This document shows positions 36,126 to 46,900 of a stretch of 56,451 bases of DNA, in pieces. Position 1 is the first letter of the stretch. Each line of letters starts with the position of its first letter. The DNA is from a virus (lineage: Duplodnaviria; Caudoviricetes): positions 1 to 56,451 of the IMG/VR virus record IMGVR_UViG_3300026518_000669. One strand, 5' to 3'. Below the pieces are notes generated by a model. The model was not told where the DNA came from and searched no databases. It saw only the letters and a program-made list of their open reading frames with translations. Made by a program: the position numbers and the translations under genes.

Positions 36126-36708
36126 CGGGCGCGCCCTTGAGCACGATGGGCAGCAAATCCCGCTGCCTGCGTTAGCCGTTGATGCCATTGTTCACGCTTA
36201 CGCTACCCCCGCTGGACTGTGGGCGGGCGTGCAGAAGCCCGGCGAGCCGCGCCCGGTCTATCCTGGCGGCGGTGGGCAAAAGCTGGGGAGCGTTGAGCTA
36301 GAGGCCGATGCGGTCGCACTGCTTGAGGCGGAGCGTAATCGTAAGCAGGCCGACTTAAACGCTGCGCGTGATGACGCCTTTGCGGCAGGGATGCTCTACC
36401 AGTTTGATAACGGCGACGATGTCGTTCAGACGCGCCCGCAAGATCAGATCAACCTTATAGGGTTGTCAGCGAAGGCACAGCGACAAATAGCGGCAGGTGA
36501 CAACACGCCAATGCCGTTTCGTGGCTTATCCAACGAAACGCGACTGTTAGAGCCTCGCGAGATGGACGCCATGGCTATGACCGCGCTTGCTCACATCGAA
36601 GGCATATACGCGCGAAGCTGGGCGAGAAAAGACGCTGTAGATGCAGCGACAACCCAGGCGGAGATCGACGCTATTAGCTGGGAGGTAGGCAGTGAAGATC
36701 CAGCATAG
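36094..36708 (+). CDS. DUF4376-like tail fiber accessory protein
   Basis: QTRPQDQINL...MPFR..SN...W..KD...ISW pattern. Confidence 0.7.
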   Translation: MSNLQIVTTPDGRALEHDGQQIPLPALAVDAIVHAYATPAGLWAGVQKPGEPRPVYPGGGGQKLGSVELEADAVALLEAERNRKQADLNAARDDAFAAGMLYQFDNGDDVVQTRPQDQINLIGLSAKAQRQIAAGDNTPMPFRGLSNETRLLEPREMDAMAMTALAHIEGIYARSWARKDAVDAATTQAEIDAISWEVGSEDPA

Positions 36709-38359
36709 CGCCTTTCGTGGCGAGCTACCGATTCTTGATCCTCGCCTGCTGCCTGAGAATAACGCGCAGGTAGCGCGCAATGTTTACCTGAAGCGCGGCA
36801 CGCTGCGGCCTGAGAAAGCCCCTTCCACGGTGGTATCACTGCCAGGCGTTACCAGCCCCGCCAACTTGTACCACTATGACGTGGGTAGCGATGGCGATGG
36901 ATTCTGGTTTTCCTGGGGGCAGTCTTATGATGTTGACGTGGTTCGCTCGCCGATTGCCAGCGATGCTTATGCCCGGGTGTACTGGACAGGGCAGGGTCCG
37001 CCTAAAATGTCATCGCTCGATATGGCAACCGGCGGGAGTGGGCCATACCCCTCTAGCTGGTATCAGTTGGGCGTACCAGCACCCAGTGAAGCGCCCAGCG
37101 TTGCCACGCCATCTGATCGTGTCCCTCCCGAGCCTATCCGCAACGAACAAGGCGATGTGATTGAAGAGATCACGTTCCCGCCAAGAACCTCGCTGGAAAC
37201 CGTTTATGTAGTGACCTGCGTTACGCGCTTTGGTGAGGAAGGCCCGCCAAGCAATCCGTCTGGCTTTATTTCGCGCTGGGACAGTGGCGAAGATATTCCA
37301 GCAGGCGGCTCGGTTGAGGTAAGCCTGCCCAGCATTCCGAGCGGCAACTTTGATATTGTCGCCAAAAGGATTTACCGCGCAGAGAGCGGCGGGCAGTACC
37401 AAATGGTGGCCGAGGTAGACGCGTCGGCAGCGAGTTACACCGATGGCGTTAATTCAGCAGCGCTGGGCGTTACACTGCAAAGCCTGGAATGGGACATGCC
37501 GCCTGCACAGTTAACCGGCTTAACGCAGCTTCCTAACGGCATATTGGCAGGGTTCTTTGATAGCACCCTAGCGTTTAGCGAAGCCTATCGACCCCACGCC
37601 TGGCCAGTGGGTTACCAGCTGGCGTTCGATGATCCTATTGTCGGTATCGCATCGATCAGCGTCGGCTTGGTCGTTGTGACTACCGGGCAGCCCTGGCTGG
37701 TGACTGGCTCGAGCCCAGCCGCTATGTCGCAAATGCAGCTTGACGTTAACCAATCCTGCGTTGCCAAGCGCTCCCTGGTAGACATGGGCGGCTTTGCGCT
37801 CTACGCCTCTCCGGATGGTATTGTGGCGGCTGGTGGTGACGGCGCCCGAGTGGTAACGCGAGAGCTATTTACTCGCGAGCAGTGGCAAGCACTAAACCCT
37901 AGCACCATTCACGCGTACCGCCACGATGGCCGCTATCTAGCGTTTTACAGCGGTGGCTGCTTTGCGCTCACGCTGGGCCAGGGCGTGGAGTTTTACGACC
38001 TGAGCGCAAGCGGTGGTTACTACGATGTCACGCGCGACATACTGTATCTTATCCAAGGCGGCAGCGTTTCAGCCTGGGGTGAGGGTGAGGCCATGACGTA
38101 TACATGGCGGTCACGACTACACGAAATACCGCCAGGCGCTGCAGGGTTTAGCTGTGCCAAGGTGATTGCTAGCCAGTATCCGGTAACGCTTCGCGTGATT
38201 GCCGATGGAGAGATGGTTCTTGAGCATGAGGTGATCGACGCACATCTCTTCCGATTGCCCGCAGGCTACACGCTGTCGCGAAACTGGGAAATTGAAGTGT
38301 CCGGCAGCCACGAAGTGCACTCCGTGCAAGTCTCAACGTCGCCGGGAGAGCTCATTTAA
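36692..38359 (+). CDS. Tail tube/nozzle (stabilisation-like) protein
   Basis: F.GE.P..DPRLLP..AQ.A.N start; FSEAYRPHAWP and YASPDG beta-propeller-type motifs. Confidence 0.75.
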   Translation: MKIQHSAFRGELPILDPRLLPENNAQVARNVYLKRGTLRPEKAPSTVVSLPGVTSPANLYHYDVGSDGDGFWFSWGQSYDVDVVRSPIASDAYARVYWTGQGPPKMSSLDMATGGSGPYPSSWYQLGVPAPSEAPSVATPSDRVPPEPIRNEQGDVIEEITFPPRTSLETVYVVTCVTRFGEEGPPSNPSGFISRWDSGEDIPAGGSVEVSLPSIPSGNFDIVAKRIYRAESGGQYQMVAEVDASAASYTDGVNSAALGVTLQSLEWDMPPAQLTGLTQLPNGILAGFFDSTLAFSEAYRPHAWPVGYQLAFDDPIVGIASISVGLVVVTTGQPWLVTGSSPAAMSQMQLDVNQSCVAKRSLVDMGGFALYASPDGIVAAGGDGARVVTRELFTREQWQALNPSTIHAYRHDGRYLAFYSGGCFALTLGQGVEFYDLSASGGYYDVTRDILYLIQGGSVSAWGEGEAMTYTWRSRLHEIPPGAAGFSCAKVIASQYPVTLRVIADGEMVLEHEVIDAHLFRLPAGYTLSRNWEIEVSGSHEVHSVQVSTSPGELI

Positions 38360-38382
38360 TAACGCCTAGCCGTGAGGCTCGC

Positions 38383-40041
38383 ATGAATAATCGACGTAAG
38401 ACGCTGCCCCCGATTGACCCCAAGACCGACCCGAAGCTGCGCCCGCTTCTCGAAGCGCTTAAGGAAATCACTGAAACCGGTGACGGCGTGCGCGGTGATC
38501 CTATGGATCGCAAGCTGACGATTCGCGACTTGGTGGATGCAGGGCTAGCCCGCCTCAGGCCAGGCAGCATGACGGAGTTTGGCCCCGCTGATGACGAGGC
38601 CATCGACAACGACCCGCCTGGTTCAACGCTGATTCCGCCGCGCCCAACAGGCTTTAACGCTATCGGAAGCTTTGGCTATATTGTGCTGTCCTGGGATATT
38701 CCCGGTGACCAGTATCTTAATCATGCCTTTACCAATATCTATCGCAGCGAGACCGACAACTTCGCTAATGCGGAGATGATAGGCCGCGATACTGGGATGA
38801 TGTATACCGATCATATCCGAGAGGTTGAGGAGGATGGCGTTGGGTTTTACTACTGGATCACCTTTACCAGCACGGAGGACAGGGAAGGGCCAGCCAACAG
38901 CACTAGCGGTACCTATGCCGAAGTCATTCCGGATATTGGTTTTTTACTGGATAAGCTTTCTGGCCAGGTAAACGAAGAGGTGTTGACGCCTGCTTTTAAA
39001 AATAGGCTTAATGGCTTTCAGGAAACAATCAGTGATTTAGGCGACCGTTATACGCTGTCGGTGACCAATAACGGGTACGTTTCTGGCTTTACCATCTTCA
39101 ATACTGGGCAGCAAAGCGACTTCGCTGTCTTGGCCGACCGCTTTACGATAGCCAATCAGTTTGGCGATGAACGTCATCCATTCTTTGTGACCGGCGGAAA
39201 GACCTACATTGATACCGCATTTATCAGAAACGCCTCTATCCAAGAAGGCCAGCTTGGCCCTATATCGTTTGGCAAAATAACCGATAGTCGCGGGAATCCT
39301 GTTACTACCGTTGCAGGCAAGCTAAAGGGTGAGCTGATTGAGGCGGATAATTTAAGCGTTGCTGAAGCAGCAAAGTTTTATGGCAACGTTTTTTCAAATA
39401 ATTTTCGGTCAGGTGTTTCTGGCTGGGCGATATACCAGAGCGGTAACTTCGAGCTAAACGAGGGGCGCATTAGAAACTCGGTTCAGATTGGCAATACGAC
39501 GGCTGGCGATATAGCTCAGGGCGTAGGTAGTATTAATAACTGGAAGCGCCCTAACTCTACTCTTATTGATGGCAATAAGATTTTCACCGGCGATGCATAC
39601 GTCGATACTTTGCAGATCAAGGGTGAAGCTGTAACAGTGCCTGTGGCTTCTTTCACTGAATCTGGGATAAGTTTAGGTACTAACTGGACTACCGTACAAA
39701 CACTTTGGGTTAGTCGTGCCAATGCTCCTATACATCTGACGTTTGGTTGTTCTTGTCGCGCAGACGACTCATCGTCGGCAGTTGCCGATGCGTCTGTATC
39801 TGCCCGGTTGGTAATAAACTATCGGGAGGCTGCGGTCTATAACACAATCGTCAGTGACTCTGCTAGGGCATATAACACCGGTTCGGGGACTGTATTTGCG
39901 CGCGCACGTGGCTTGTTTTCGGGAGGCTATCTGTTAGGCGCTGGTACTGGCGCAGCTATAGTGCAAATACAACTGTCCCGAACTGGAAACTCGGGTGGTG
40001 CCTTTAATCGCTTCATTCAAGCACTTACCGTTAAGAGGTAA
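38383..40041 (+). CDS. Tail tip/fiber protein with FN3 and DUF1983-like domain
   Basis: P.PTGF...W...IYRS...YYWI FN3 segment; FAVLADRF...PF.V.GG..YI..AFI.NASI. Confidence 0.75.
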   Translation: MNNRRKTLPPIDPKTDPKLRPLLEALKEITETGDGVRGDPMDRKLTIRDLVDAGLARLRPGSMTEFGPADDEAIDNDPPGSTLIPPRPTGFNAIGSFGYIVLSWDIPGDQYLNHAFTNIYRSETDNFANAEMIGRDTGMMYTDHIREVEEDGVGFYYWITFTSTEDREGPANSTSGTYAEVIPDIGFLLDKLSGQVNEEVLTPAFKNRLNGFQETISDLGDRYTLSVTNNGYVSGFTIFNTGQQSDFAVLADRFTIANQFGDERHPFFVTGGKTYIDTAFIRNASIQEGQLGPISFGKITDSRGNPVTTVAGKLKGELIEADNLSVAEAAKFYGNVFSNNFRSGVSGWAIYQSGNFELNEGRIRNSVQIGNTTAGDIAQGVGSINNWKRPNSTLIDGNKIFTGDAYVDTLQIKGEAVTVPVASFTESGISLGTNWTTVQTLWVSRANAPIHLTFGCSCRADDSSSAVADASVSARLVINYREAAVYNTIVSDSARAYNTGSGTVFARARGLFSGGYLLGAGTGAAIVQIQLSRTGNSGGAFNRFIQALTVKR

Positions 40042-40044
40042 TTT

Positions 40045-40404
40045 ATGTTCAATAGATATGCTTTTGTTTCAGTTGAAGGTCGTATAGAAAGCATCATTTC
40101 TGGGCCGATGCGTTATGTCGAGTGTAGTAGTGAAATAAGGGACACAACTCATTACTTTGACAATACATTGGGCGTTATTTGTAGAAAGGAAGCACTCAAT
40201 TATCAGCAAAACACTAGAGGATTGGTCGTTACTTTTGAAGGGGTTCCGTCTGGTGTAAAGGTTGAAACCAACGGCATGGAAACTATTGCGGATAATGAAC
40301 CGCTAGTGATTGAGTATGATGTTCCGGGCACTTATACGATCATCTTTAGTGGACACGTTCGTTATCTAGATCATGAGCTGGAGGTGACGGTTGGCAACGC
40401 TTAA
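40045..40404 (+). CDS. Tail accessory hypothetical protein
   Basis: GAGG RBS; DVPGTYTI motif. Confidence 0.65.
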   Translation: MFNRYAFVSVEGRIESIISGPMRYVECSSEIRDTTHYFDNTLGVICRKEALNYQQNTRGLVVTFEGVPSGVKVETNGMETIADNEPLVIEYDVPGTYTIIFSGHVRYLDHELEVTVGNA

Positions 40405-40768
40405 AGCCAGTACGTTTAATGATCGTGATAGCGCCGAACGCCACTTTCTCGGCCTTGTGGATCAGGGGGCAGAGAACGCTCGTATGCGACATTTGACTCC
40501 TGGCCCCGGTCAGTCGATGACGTATGAACTCAAGCATCAGGAAGCGCTTGCAGGCGGTGGGCCAATGATTGCTGCCGAGGCTGAAGCGCTAGGCGTCACA
40601 AATCAAGAGGTGGTTGACTCGGTGCTGCTGGCCCGTCAAAAGTGGCAGGCGTTGAGCGCCAAGATTGAATCTGCGCGACTGAAGGCCAAAAAGCAGATAC
40701 GTGAAGCCGAGACGGCGGTCGAAATGCACCGCATTGCCAGTGAGCTACAAGGCCAGCTCGCGCCGTAA
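40391..40768 (+). CDS. Tail fiber chaperone-like protein
   Basis: TPGPGQSMTY..K..EA and IESARL.AK motifs. Confidence 0.6.
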   Translation: MATLKASTFNDRDSAERHFLGLVDQGAENARMRHLTPGPGQSMTYELKHQEALAGGGPMIAAEAEALGVTNQEVVDSVLLARQKWQALSAKIESARLKAKKQIREAETAVEMHRIASELQGQLAP

Positions 40769-40812
40769 CCTGCTACACTGTTCCTTTAAATTGCCCCACC
40801 GTGAGGTGCCGC

Positions 40813-41298
40813 ATGCCCCGTCAAGATGAAGCTGTGTTTTTACGCAGCGTGCTACAAAATAATGAAAGCGCCGCTGCCTTCTGTGAGTCGCTTTTCCGCA
40901 TTTCTCAGACCCTCGATGACCTGATTGATAAAGACAATCCGGTCACCGACGCGACGCTTATCCGCACGTTTTGGGAAGCGCTGATCGAGCTGCCCGCTAA
41001 CCCGTTCTATCGCCAGCACGAGCCCTACCTTCGCCCACTAATGGCCAGCGCATTACAAGACTGGCGAGATAGCGCGTGCCTTGAGCGCACCGACAATCAC
41101 CACTACCGCTCGATTGCCTTTGTGCTCCGCGACCAGCTCGCCACGGTACTGATCCAGTGCGCCTACTTGGTAGGTGGTTACGATTGGATGAATCAGGTCA
41201 GCGTGCCGGTTCGTCAGCATATTCACGAAGATACACTTGGCGATTACATGGCATCGCTCAACAAGACGCCAGCAGTAGAAGAGGAGGAAAGCCAATGA
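40813..41298 (+). CDS. Conserved helical protein with DDxxD motif
   Basis: LDDLIDKD and LPANPFY; precedes the ejection cluster. Confidence 0.7.
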   Translation: MPRQDEAVFLRSVLQNNESAAAFCESLFRISQTLDDLIDKDNPVTDATLIRTFWEALIELPANPFYRQHEPYLRPLMASALQDWRDSACLERTDNHHYRSIAFVLRDQLATVLIQCAYLVGGYDWMNQVSVPVRQHIHEDTLGDYMASLNKTPAVEEEESQ

Positions 41299-41963
41299 GC
41301 GGCGACGGCGGTGGTGGTGACAACACGGTTAAGGATACGCCTGAGCAACGCGAGCTGGCAGCGGTCGCTGCGGAGAAATGGAACTTCGCACAAGAGAAGC
41401 TGGCACCGCTGGAAAACGCTTACATGGAATCAGTGGGCGATATGACCAATGCGGGCAATATGAGCTACATCGCAGGCCGCACCATGCAGAGCCAGCAGCA
41501 GGCCACAGGCGAGGCAAGCCAGCAGGTTGGGGCACAGCTCGGGCAGGCAGGTATTAACCCTGCTAGCGGCCGCTATCAGTCGGCTATGAGCGGCATTGCT
41601 CTTGGCGGTGCCAGCGCAGGCGGCGAAACCCTCGGGCGCGCTCAGTTCGAGCAAGAGAACCAGCAGATTCAGGGCCTGCAAAATATCGTAGCCATTGGTC
41701 AGGGCCAAGCGGGACAGGCACAGCAAGGCTTATCGAATATTGCCAGCCAATCAGCCGCCGATGCCCGCCAGTCAGCGGCGAATCAGTTCAATCGACGCAG
41801 CGCTAATTTGCAGCTTCTTGGTCAGGTTGCCGGTGCCGGAGCCGCTTACGGCTTGAACAGCAGTGGTAGTACCCCGCCAGCTGCAGGTCTTGATCTTTAC
41901 CAGCAAGTCAATACGGGAAGCGTCGCTCCCGGTCAGGGTGCTGGCTACTTTGGCGGTTTCTAA
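41295..41963 (+). CDS. Ejection (internal virion) protein
   Basis: G/Q/A-rich helical composition; GAGGAGG RBS. Confidence 0.7.
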   Translation: MSGDGGGGDNTVKDTPEQRELAAVAAEKWNFAQEKLAPLENAYMESVGDMTNAGNMSYIAGRTMQSQQQATGEASQQVGAQLGQAGINPASGRYQSAMSGIALGGASAGGETLGRAQFEQENQQIQGLQNIVAIGQGQAGQAQQGLSNIASQSAADARQSAANQFNRRSANLQLLGQVAGAGAAYGLNSSGSTPPAAGLDLYQQVNTGSVAPGQGAGYFGGF

Positions 41964-41972
41964 GGAGGTGCT

Positions 41973-42449
41973 ATGCAATACCAACCCACGCTAGGGCAGA
42001 TTAGTTACGCCCCCTCTGAAACCGCGCAGCAGCGCGTCGACCCCAATCAAGCCATGCGCGGCGACCAAGGGGCCTCGCGGCTACTCGGCCAGCTCAACCG
42101 CGCCCAATGGGCAGACTGGAGAAACCGCTTCGCCCCCTACGTCGATGAGCTGGCCCGTGTGGCCCAAGACAACAACGCCCCAGGCGCAGCCGCTGCCAAT
42201 GCCAGTAACGCGGTGGGCTTGGCATTCGACAGCAGCCAGCAAGGGCTTGCCCAGCAGCGCCAAGGATTCGGCATCAACCTAACGCCACAGCAGCAAGCGG
42301 CAGAACAGCGCCGCACCAGCGTTGAGCGCAGCGCCTCAATGGTGAGCGCAGGCAACGAAGCGCGCATCTCTGCCCAAGACCGTCAAAATGCCATTCTGGC
42401 GGGCGGCATGGGCCTCTCCAATATTCCTGACAGGGTGATGAACCAATGA
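41973..42449 (+). CDS. Ejection (internal virion) protein
   Basis: Q/A-rich; TAAGGAGG RBS. Confidence 0.7.
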   Translation: MQYQPTLGQISYAPSETAQQRVDPNQAMRGDQGASRLLGQLNRAQWADWRNRFAPYVDELARVAQDNNAPGAAAANASNAVGLAFDSSQQGLAQQRQGFGINLTPQQQAAEQRRTSVERSASMVSAGNEARISAQDRQNAILAGGMGLSNIPDRVMNQ

Positions 42450-42685
42450 GCTACGGACTATTAGGCCTTCGCCAACAAATGGAAGGCCAGGCCATGCAAG
42501 GATTAAGCGACCTCGCAGGCCAGCAGCGTCAAGCCAAGCTGCAAGAAGAGCAGATGAAGCAGGCCGAGCGCGCCCAGAAGATGAGTGCCGTCGGCACCGG
42601 CGCAGGTATCGGCATGATGGCCGGTGGGCCAGTAGGCGCTGCGATTGGCGCGGGCGTTGGCTTTCTTGCCAGCTCAATCTTTTAG
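42446..42685 (+). CDS. Small glycine-zipper ejection protein
   Basis: GTGAGIGMMAGGPVGAAIGAGVG. Confidence 0.7.
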   Translation: MSYGLLGLRQQMEGQAMQGLSDLAGQQRQAKLQEEQMKQAERAQKMSAVGTGAGIGMMAGGPVGAAIGAGVGFLASSIF

Positions 42686-42694
42686 GAGGTCACT

Positions 42695-43954
42695 ATGTCA
42701 GGACTCGATACACGCGGCTTGGCCAGCGGCTTTGCGCAAGGCTTTGGGCTGATGAACCAGTATCAGCAACAGCAATTCCAGAACGAGCGCGCTGAAAAAC
42801 AGGATGCGATGCAAGCCGAGCAATTCGACATGCAGAAGCAACAGTTCAGCGCCCAGCAAGAAGATGTGCAGCGGCAGCGCGATATGGAAGAAATACAGTT
42901 CACGCTCGGCAAGATCGGCTCCGGCATGGACGTCGCCGAAGACGAGCTGGAAACCCTGCGCCGGTACCCGAAGTTTTGGGCCGCGCTAGACCCGCAGACA
43001 GACGCCTCTATTAATCAGGCCATGGCGGTGATTGACCCCAACACCACGGTAGATGCTAACGATCCCGAAAGCCTGGAAGCGCTCAACCAGATGTTTGGCG
43101 CCGAGATTAACCGTGGCGAGGGTGGCCAAAAGCGTGTGGTTGGTATGTATCCCGGCACGGACGGGCAGAGCGTCATGCTTGAGCTGGAAGTAGTGGGCGA
43201 GGACGGCAATACCTACCGAGCGCCGATGACCGAAGGGCGCGGTACCGCTGATGACGACCTGGTTAAAGCGGTGCCAATTGAAAAGCTGGTGGAGCAGGTG
43301 CAAGGCATGCGTTTGCTACGCAATACCATGCGCACGCCAGAAGCCCAGCAGCGTGCGACACAAGTGCTTGGTTTATTGCGTGGTGATAGCAACGAGCGTT
43401 GGGAGCAAGTGCAAGGCCCTGGCGGCTCTATCCTGCAGCGTAATACGGTGACCGGCGAAACTAGGCAGGTGCTAGGACGCGCGCCTCGCGCCGCTGGTGG
43501 CAGTGGCAGCACGCCAAGCCGTATTCAGGAGGCACAGGCGCTGGTGGATCGCGAGGTATACCCAACCTTTGCTGAAGCCTACGAAGCGGTGCGCGCCAGG
43601 GCTGGACAAAATAACCCTGCAGCTAATGCTCGTGACGAACTGGACTACGAGCTTAATCAGCTAGAAAGCATTATGAGTGTACTTAATGACCCTTTATCCC
43701 GAAACCGGCTAAGCGAAGAAGACCTTCAGCGCTACGAGCAAAGAGCGGCGGCTATTCAGGAGCGCATACCTAACCTTGAGCGGCAGGCATTTAATAGAAG
43801 CGCCGAGCCAGCCGGTCAGCGAACGCCTGCCCCGAGCGCCTCTCCACAGTCACAGCCGCAGCCTGAGCGTGAGCGCGGCTTAAGGCCTGGACCAGCACCT
43901 AGCGAAGAAACTGACGAAGACCCTGCTGCTGCCATTTTGAACAAATACTTCTAA
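42695..43954 (+). CDS. Ejection (DNA transfer) protein
   Basis: GLASGFAQGFGL start and Q-rich coiled coil; AGGAGG RBS. Confidence 0.7.
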   Translation: MSGLDTRGLASGFAQGFGLMNQYQQQQFQNERAEKQDAMQAEQFDMQKQQFSAQQEDVQRQRDMEEIQFTLGKIGSGMDVAEDELETLRRYPKFWAALDPQTDASINQAMAVIDPNTTVDANDPESLEALNQMFGAEINRGEGGQKRVVGMYPGTDGQSVMLELEVVGEDGNTYRAPMTEGRGTADDDLVKAVPIEKLVEQVQGMRLLRNTMRTPEAQQRATQVLGLLRGDSNERWEQVQGPGGSILQRNTVTGETRQVLGRAPRAAGGSGSTPSRIQEAQALVDREVYPTFAEAYEAVRARAGQNNPAANARDELDYELNQLESIMSVLNDPLSRNRLSEEDLQRYEQRAAAIQERIPNLERQAFNRSAEPAGQRTPAPSASPQSQPQPERERGLRPGPAPSEETDEDPAAAILNKYF

Positions 43955-43971
43955 TCAAGAAGGAGCCGCGT

Positions 43972-46900
43972 GTGAACGCCGCCGAAGACCGCACACCGCC
44001 CAAGTGGACAGATATCGCCAATGACCCAGATTTTCAGGCCGCTGACTGGCAGACAAAGCAGCGCGTGCGAGGCGAGTTCTACCGCCGCGCCATTGAGCCC
44101 AATACGCCAGCATCGCTGCGCGAAGATGTGCAAAGCCAGTTCTTTGCCCGCACGGCATCTGACGTGTTTGGTGAGCGCGAAACACCCAATTTAGCCAGCA
44201 ACGCTTTGCGTAACGCTGGTGAGCGCGGCCTCGATTTGGCGGGCAATGCGCTGCAGTTCGTGGGCAACGTGGCAGACCGTGGAGAGCAGGCAATTACCGA
44301 CGCGCTTGGAGGCATTAACCCGGGCGTGATCGGTGGCAGCGTTGACGAGATGCGCGAGCGGGGCTACGAACCGGATGTGGCGCTAGGTGGCTTTGGCCTA
44401 GACTTCACGATGCGCGCCAAGCCAGAGGATACCAGCACCGGGCTTATCGACACTGGGCAGGCGGTTGAAGACATTAGCCTAGGCTACCAGCCTAACTACA
44501 CGATTGACCGTGCCCTTGATGAACCAAGCATTAGAACCATCGCGGGCGCTGCTGCCGAGCAAGGGCCAGCAGCACTGGCCGATATGGCAGGCCTAGTGGT
44601 AAGTCTGCCTGCCTACCTAGCGGCGCGAACACAGGAGATAGGCGAAGGCCGTGTTGAGAACGACAACCGCGAAGGAATGCCGGAAGGTCGCGATTATGCC
44701 GTCTCTGGCCCGACGGCTGCCGCCTCTGTGCTGCTAGACCGCTTTGCTCTTGGCCGATTACTTCCAGGCAGTGGAAATGCGGTAACTAGCGCACGACAAA
44801 TACCCGGGGCTGTTGGTCGCGCCGCAGCTACAGAAAGTGTTACTGAGGCGATTCAAGAGGGTGGTATTGAGTACGCTGGGGAGTCTGTGGGCACTGAGAC
44901 AGGCTGGAATGCCACAACCGCTGCGCGCCGTGCGGCAGGTGGCGTGATTGTTGGCGGCCCCACCGGGGGCGCTGTGCGAGCTGGTACCGCCGCCATGGAG
45001 TTGCGCGGAAATAATCAGCAGGGAAGTGAGCAACCAGAGCCTAGCGAATCCCCTGCTGAGCAATCTTCCCCCGCTCCAGAGGAAGCGCCGACCCCAGAAG
45101 CTGAAACCGCTAATGACGAGGCAATCGGCACCGCTGCCGAACTAATCGCCAAGCCTCGTTTTGAGCTGTCATCCGCTGAGCGCGAAGTGCGCGACTCCAT
45201 TAGCTACGGCGATGCCTTTAAGGCTCTGCGAGCGGCTGCTGAAGCGCGCGGCGATAGTGACGCCGTTGCAGAACTGGACGCCGTTAGCAGCGAGATTTCA
45301 GCGGCGCTGGAAGCGGAAACCATAGCGCGCTCGCGAAACGATAGCGACGCTTTCACACCTATTCGTGAGCAGCTGAAAAGCGCGTCAGAGCGCTTCACGC
45401 GTGTAATGGATCGCCTTAACACGCCCGAGGCTGAGAGCAAGGCAAGCGCGCCCAGCGCTAACAAGGATGGCAACGCCCAGTGGGAAGAGGCTTGGCGCGA
45501 GCAAGCCGCCCAAGACGGCATTGCAGACTACGACCCTAACGCCAACCTGCCTGACACCACGATCACGATTAACGGTGAACAGGTGGCTGATGAATCTCTG
45601 GTGCCGCCCGAAACACTTGACGTTGCGCGCCAAGACGAGCAAGCAGAAGAAGTGACTAAAGAAGTGGGGCAGCCAGCAGTGGCCCAGCCTGAGCCAGCGC
45701 TTGCCCCCGACCAGCCTTCACCCAATCCTGACACCAAGACTCCGCGCCGCGTGCCGGTTGAAAGCATCCAGGTAGACCCCGAGGCCTACCAGTTCCGCGC
45801 CGAGGTAAACGATCAGGGCGTGGACACTCGCCTGGAAGGCATCGAGAAATGGGACGACCTACGTGCTGGCAACCTGATTCTGCATGAGCGTACCGACGGT
45901 AGCGTGTACGCTGCTGATGGTCACCACCGCATTAACCTAGCTCGCCAGCTACAACAGCCAGACGTGAACGCGATTGTGCTGCGTGAAGCCGATGGCGTTA
46001 CCGTTGAGGATGCGCGCCGTGCCGCCGCTGAGGCGAACATTGCCGCAGGCAGCGCTACTGCTTTGGATTCCGCGAAGGTATTCCGTAATAGCAATGGTGA
46101 TATCGATACGGTGATTCGTGAGAGTAACCTGCCGCGTACCCAGCTTGTGCGCGACGGTGCCGACATTGCCAAGCTGGACACTGAGCCGTTTGGTGCGGTG
46201 CTTAACAAGGTAATCACTGAGAAGGACGGCGCGGTTATCGGTCGTTCTTTTGCCGACCCCGACCAGCAGCTTGCCGCCGTGGGCGTCTTCCAGCGAGTGA
46301 AGCCGACCAACGACAATCAGCGCGAGTTGCTAGCCAATGAAGTGCGCCAAGCAGGCTTTGCCGAAAGCCAAGGCGAGCAAGGCGGCTTGTTTGGTAATGA
46401 TCCAGCAGAGTCGCTTATTGGCGAGCGCGTAAAGGTAATGGATAGCCTTCGCCAAACCCTGGTGCGCGACAAGCGCTTATTCGCTACGCTGAACGATAAC
46501 GCCCAAACGGCTGAGCAGGCAGGCAACCGCATTGCCAAGGACCGCAACAACGCCCTACAGGAAACCTCGGCAGACGCCATTGCACTGCTAGAGCGGGCGA
46601 CGACCACGCCGGAAATTAACCAGCAGATCAACGACGCCGCGCGCCGTGTGAAGGATGGCGAAACACTTGCCAGCGTGACGCGAGAACTTAAAGAGGCATT
46701 ACTAAATGGCACAAACAGCCCAGCAGCGAGCGAAGGACGTACACCAGCACCTAGCAGCGGACAGGCTGATCAAGCAGGGCAAGACGCTGGAAGAAGTGAA
46801 CCAGTACCTGCAAGCAACGACGCACGAACAGCGCGTTCAGGAGAACAACGCCCACGCCCTGGAGCAGGAGCGCAAGCAGAACCAGCGGTAACTCTAAAGA

